A program made the position numbers and the translations under genes. From an uncultured virus (IMG/VR IMGVR_UViG_3300029288_000146) (lineage: Duplodnaviria > Heunggongvirae > Uroviricota > Caudoviricetes), in IMG/VR virus record IMGVR_UViG_3300029288_000146: 20,000 bases of DNA. One strand, 5' to 3'. Under the pieces are notes generated by a model. The model searched no databases. It was not told the origin of the DNA and saw only the letters and a program-made list of their open reading frames with translations. Shown piece by piece: positions 16,841 to 20,000 of this stretch (within the stretch, counting starts at the first letter, position 1; every line of letters starts with the position of its first letter).

Positions 16841-16878
16841 TAGTAAAGTGGGGGCAGCGGCTTACCACCGCCACCCCC
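16841..16878 (-). terminator. Probable intrinsic terminator after the capsid gene
   Basis: GGGGGUGGCGGU-GGUAA-GCCGCUGCCCCC (12 bp including 3 G-U) followed by ACUUUACU. The short U-tract suggests it is leaky. Confidence 0.65.
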
Positions 16879-16900
16879 TAAGACCGTCATGGAATGCCCA

Positions 16901-17707
16901 TTACGGGTTCGTGAACTTCACTACGAGATCGCTGCCGGTTCCGCCAACGATGTCATAGGCGTAGTACATCATGCTCACGATGTCGTAGGATGTGGTACCG
17001 GAGTTGAACACCGGCCCTACGGTTTCGACATCGGCAACGGCTCCCACGATCCCCTTGCGGGCGAACAGGTAGCCAGCCGCTCCACCGGTCGTGGTAGCCA
17101 CGGTACACTGCGCGCTAACCACTACAGGGATGGTGCCGAACAGCAACCCGGCCGCACCGGGGATAGACCCCACGCTCCCACCGGCGTTAGCGAAGCCTGC
17201 CGCCATCAGCGAGGCCCAGCCTGCCGCACCGGTGATCATCGTGCATTCCTCCATCGTGGCTCCCGCCCCGAGGATGTCAGCGAGTCCGGCCATGAACAGC
17301 GCCATCGTGTAGGTGTTGTCCGTGGTCAGCGCCTGGGTGTTGGTGGATGTCGCCAGTGTGGTATCGAGCCCGGATTCCATCTGAATCCGCAGGCCGTTTG
17401 CGTGCTGCTCGAACAAGCCCAGTTGCATGGAGCGGTCGTTCTCGTAGGTCTGCAACTCGCTCCCCTTGAGAGCGGTACGGGTCGCGTAGTCAGCCGCAGT
17501 GAGCGTGATGATGGTGTTGTCACGGTCGGAAGCCAGGACGCTATCGACGTTCACCGCCGTTACCGTCGAGGTTCCGAAGTAGGGAATGTATATCTTGTTA
17601 CCGGCGCGCTTGCCCTCGTACAGCGAAATGCGCCGCAGCAAGCCCGCGTGGCTGAAGATTTCCCCCGTGATGTAATCTCGCGCGTAAGTAAGTTCCGTCC
17701 AAGACAT
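16901..17707 (-). CDS. Major capsid protein (HK97 fold), 268 aa
   Basis: ATG 17707 with GGGGGGAG SD. GKRAGNKIYIP, GLLFGTIPVVVS and DIVSMMYYAYDIV...VVKFT are HK97-fold MCP-type patterns; it follows the scaffold and precedes a terminator. Confidence 0.8.
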   Translation of the reverse strand: MSWTELTYARDYITGEIFSHAGLLRRISLYEGKRAGNKIYIPYFGTSTVTAVNVDSVLASDRDNTIITLTAADYATRTALKGSELQTYENDRSMQLGLFEQHANGLRIQMESGLDTTLATSTNTQALTTDNTYTMALFMAGLADILGAGATMEECTMITGAAGWASLMAAGFANAGGSVGSIPGAAGLLFGTIPVVVSAQCTVATTTGGAAGYLFARKGIVGAVADVETVGPVFNSGTTSYDIVSMMYYAYDIVGGTGSDLVVKFTNP

Positions 17708-17742
17708 AGCTCCCCCCAATCAGGAACTTGCTATGCCGTGGA
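17698..17742 (-). promoter_or_regulatory. Hairpin sequestering the SD and start codon of the capsid gene
   Basis: UCCACGGCAUAGC pairs with GCUAUGUCUUGGA (12 of 13 positions, one G-U); the inner UUCCU can pair with the G-run SD. Confidence 0.55.
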
Positions 17743-17752
17743 TATGAAACCC

Positions 17753-18382
17753 TTAGCCCTGCAAAATCTTCTTCTTGGCCGCTTCCATCCGCGCCTTGGG
17801 ATCGAGCTTGCTGTAGTCTTCGGCGGGTCCGGCGGGTGCCGGTGCCGGCCGGTTCTCGCCCGGTGTTGGCGCCGGTGGAGTCTCTACGGCTTTCTCCGCT
17901 TCCTTCGGCGGCTCGCTTGGGGCGGGTGCCGGGGGCGCGGGTGCCGGTGGAGCATCCTTCGGCCGCAGGGAGAGCAGACGGTTGATTTGACTCGTCATGC
18001 CCTCTGCGTCCGGGGCCGTGATCATGTCCCCGAACTGGTCGGGGTCTAGGTCAGCCTTAGCCAACAGCCGGTCGCGCAGCGCTTCACGCTTGATCTCGGC
18101 GATCTGTGTTTGGGTCGCAGCAAGTGTCTTCTCGGCATCCATCTTCGCCCTCTCCTTATCCTGCTTCTCGCGTTCGAGTGCCGCAGCCAGTTCGGCCTTG
18201 GCCTGCTCGGTCTTCTCGTGTTGCCTGTACCAGTACCAGTCCTCTTTCGAGACCGGCCGGGGCTTCGGCTCATCCGCAGGCTTGGAGGGCGCGGACGGTT
18301 CCGGTATTTGCTGGGGTTCCGGGTTTTCAATGTCCACGGTATGTCCGGCTTCGTTTGCCGGATTCACAATGTCGTCGTCCAT
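17753..18382 (-). CDS. Capsid scaffolding protein, 209 aa
   Basis: Acidic/Pro-rich N-terminus, central coiled coil, Pro/Ala linker, short basic C-terminal helix (ARMEAAKKKILQG); directly upstream of the MCP; GGAGG SD. Confidence 0.8.
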   Translation of the reverse strand: MDDDIVNPANEAGHTVDIENPEPQQIPEPSAPSKPADEPKPRPVSKEDWYWYRQHEKTEQAKAELAAALEREKQDKERAKMDAEKTLAATQTQIAEIKREALRDRLLAKADLDPDQFGDMITAPDAEGMTSQINRLLSLRPKDAPPAPAPPAPAPSEPPKEAEKAVETPPAPTPGENRPAPAPAGPAEDYSKLDPKARMEAAKKKILQG

Positions 18383-18451
18383 TCAATCCTCCGCTTTTGC
18401 GGGAACTTGCTCGGCTTGCGCCGGTCTGTTACGGCTTATCAACTACATAAC

Positions 18452-19135
18452 CTACGGACACTCGGTTACGGCGGGCGGCAGGATGTCCCGCAGGACGCCG
18501 TGATCGTCTTTGTGCAGGTACACAGGCTTGCGCCGCAAGGTTAGCTTCACGGCCGTGGCGCTGCGCTTAGCTATCTCTTTCCACTTGCGCCGGTGGCTCA
18601 CCCTCTCTCCCGCATTTAGCGGCGGTGTGTCGTAAAAGTGCAGATGCCCACCGTTGGAGATCAGGTGGTCGAAGCCCAGCAGCGTGATGCTCTCTACGTC
18701 GTCCCGCCATGTGAAGTAATGGAGCATCGCGTGAAGGCCGGTTCCGTGACACGCCAGCACGGGTCCATTCCCGTAGTCCCGGTAGTCCATCGTCTCTTCG
18801 CCCGGGGGTTTTAGGATCGCGGTCTCGGTGCCGAACATGTAGAAATACTCGACGGGTACGGCTTCGCGCCTCGCTCCCAGGATGCGCTCGACGGTTTCCC
18901 GCAGGGGGATGTGCATAATCAGGTGGCCGCTATTCAGCACGCCGGTCGAGAACCAGTCGTACACGCGGCAACCCCAATCGGTGCCGAAGTAGAAATCCAC
19001 GCTGGGCCATTTGCGATACGCCGGACACGCGGCGAGCACCGAACCATTGATGCACGCCAGGGCGTCGTAACCCTTGAAGGTCGTGGGGCTGTAATACTTC
19101 GTTGACGGGCCGCTGCCCAGACAAAGCACTTTCAC
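18452..19135 (-). CDS. Sialyltransferase/Maf-like glycosyltransferase (GT29/GT42/DUF115-type), paralog 2, 227 aa
   Basis: Start reassigned to GTG 19135 (GTGA overlap). Motifs VLCLGSGPS, ACIN, YFGTD, HGTGLHAM, ITLLGFD and HFYD. Confidence 0.7.
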   Translation of the reverse strand: MKVLCLGSGPSTKYYSPTTFKGYDALACINGSVLAACPAYRKWPSVDFYFGTDWGCRVYDWFSTGVLNSGHLIMHIPLRETVERILGARREAVPVEYFYMFGTETAILKPPGEETMDYRDYGNGPVLACHGTGLHAMLHYFTWRDDVESITLLGFDHLISNGGHLHFYDTPPLNAGERVSHRRKWKEIAKRSATAVKLTLRRKPVYLHKDDHGVLRDILPPAVTECP

Positions 19136-19788
19136 GTCAGTATCCTCCGCAGGGCTCCCCCACATTCGGGGTGGATGTCGATAACCACACGCTCGCTCGC
19201 CAGTTCGACGGCGTACTTGACGTGTACGCGCAGCTTCTCCAGCCGCTGTTCCCACATCTTGCGGGCATCGGCTTCAAGCGGTTGCTCATCGTAGAAGTGC
19301 AGGCGTCCATCGGCCAGCAACTCTAGCTCGAACCCCAGCAGCGTGATCTTCGTGACTTCGTTCTGCCACGAGTAGAAATGCAGCAGCGAGATGAGCCCGG
19401 TGCCATGACACGCGAGTTTCGGGACGCTGGCGCCGTTGATGTTCTGGTAGAGGGTGCCGGGTGGCTTGGAGATCGTGTGTTCGTGATCCACGCAGTAGAA
19501 GGGCAACATCCTCGGGCGCGGTTCCCCGGCGGCTTCCCGCTGGTCGGCAATCTCCTCGGCCATCTCCAACATCCCCGGATGGATGACGTTGACGGCCGCG
19601 CGGGAGAAGCCCGTCCGGAGATCGTCCGGACATACCCAGAGGCTGTGCCGGTCGATGGCGAGGTAGTGGTTGAAGTATCCGCCGTTACGCACAGCGGAGT
19701 TCATCATCACCACGATGTCGTATGGTTCGGGTGTCTGTTGTGTCCAGGCTGCGCCGCTTTCACCGCAGCCGATGGCTAGGATGTGCAT
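19132..19788 (-). CDS. Sialyltransferase/Maf-like glycosyltransferase, paralog 1, 218 aa
   Basis: Motifs ILAIGCGES, VMMN, YLAID, HGTGLISL, ITLLGFE and HFYD, collinear with paralog 2. Confidence 0.7.
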   Translation of the reverse strand: MHILAIGCGESGAAWTQQTPEPYDIVVMMNSAVRNGGYFNHYLAIDRHSLWVCPDDLRTGFSRAAVNVIHPGMLEMAEEIADQREAAGEPRPRMLPFYCVDHEHTISKPPGTLYQNINGASVPKLACHGTGLISLLHFYSWQNEVTKITLLGFELELLADGRLHFYDEQPLEADARKMWEQRLEKLRVHVKYAVELASERVVIDIHPECGGALRRILT

Positions 19789-19798
19789 GGGGTAGTAG

Positions 19799-20000
19799 TT
19801 AACACTCCTGTTCGATCAGCTCAATGCACGCGATGTTTTCCACGGGAATAAGTACCAGATGCGTCTTGCCCTCTGTGTGGGGTGCAATGTAACCACCCGT
19901 TCGGAGAATATCCATGGCCCGCATCACGCCATCGGGTACGACATCCTCAAGGATGGTTCCCTCGGGTATCTCGGCGTAACTCTTGAGGCAGACTTTTAGT
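19799..20000 (-). CDS. Hypothetical protein, 5' end outside the window
   Basis: Open frame ...LKVCLKSYAEIPEGTILEDVVPDGVMRAMDILRTGGYIAPHTEGKTHLVLIPVENIACIELIEQEC*, TAA at 19799-19801. Confidence 0.6.
   Translation of the reverse strand, partial: LKVCLKSYAEIPEGTILEDVVPDGVMRAMDILRTGGYIAPHTEGKTHLVLIPVENIACIELIEQEC

Noticed and set aside
17825..17955. GGTGCCGG-type short repeats in the scaffold gene
   Set aside because: They encode the Pro-Ala linker (PAPAPPAPAP) and are not an independent DNA repeat element.
14388..18049. Long plus-strand ORFs (14388-15209, 16889-18049) and other antisense ORFs
   Set aside because: They lie opposite well-supported structural genes, lack motifs, and are expected shadows in GC-rich DNA.
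15365..18436. Recurring 9-mer GCCGTAACA (about 15365, 15584, and inverted at about 18428)
   Set aside because: Mixed orientation and one copy inside a CDS; cannot be distinguished from chance.
1..20000. Genome-wide TGA reassignment (code 4 or 25) as the explanation for the TMP TGA
   Set aside because: TGA acts as a real stop in many ATGA/GTGA/TGATG overlaps (563, 799, 1017, 2852, 8920, 16014, 16355, 19132), and the other long genes have no internal TGA.
1..20000. CRISPR array, tRNA, integrase/IS, DGR template-variable repeat pair, contractile sheath
   Set aside because: No spaced repeats, cloverleaf, recombinase or reverse transcriptase motifs, long near-identical duplications or sheath-sized gene were seen by eye.

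Overview
The window is a roughly 60% GC tailed-phage (siphovirus-like, or prophage) late operon. All credible genes are on the minus strand and tightly packed, many with ATGA/TGATG/GTGA overlaps. In transcription order (right to left): a partial small ORF; two tandem paralogous sialyltransferase/Maf-like (GT29/GT42/DUF115-type) genes; scaffold; small HK97-fold major capsid protein and terminator; head-tail adaptor; head closure; HK97-gp10-like protein; tail terminator; tail tube; tail assembly chaperone with a -1 frameshift; tape measure protein (TMP) with an M23 domain; Dit-like protein; large hub/Tal-like protein; two tail-tip/fibre proteins; then a lysis/accessory cluster (holin-like, lytic transglycosylase, lipoprotein zinc metalloprotease, HicB-like protein, permuted papain-like C92 enzyme). 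The most unusual signal is a single in-frame TGA at 9469-9471 that splits the TMP from a same-frame 183-codon continuation. It falls in a C-G-S-G-G-[UGA] context and is followed by a stem-loop with bacterial SECIS-like geometry, making this a candidate phage selenoprotein or programmed readthrough. The second highlight is the glycosyltransferase pair beside the head genes, a candidate virion glycosylation system. All assignments come from motif reading and gene order; no database searches were run.
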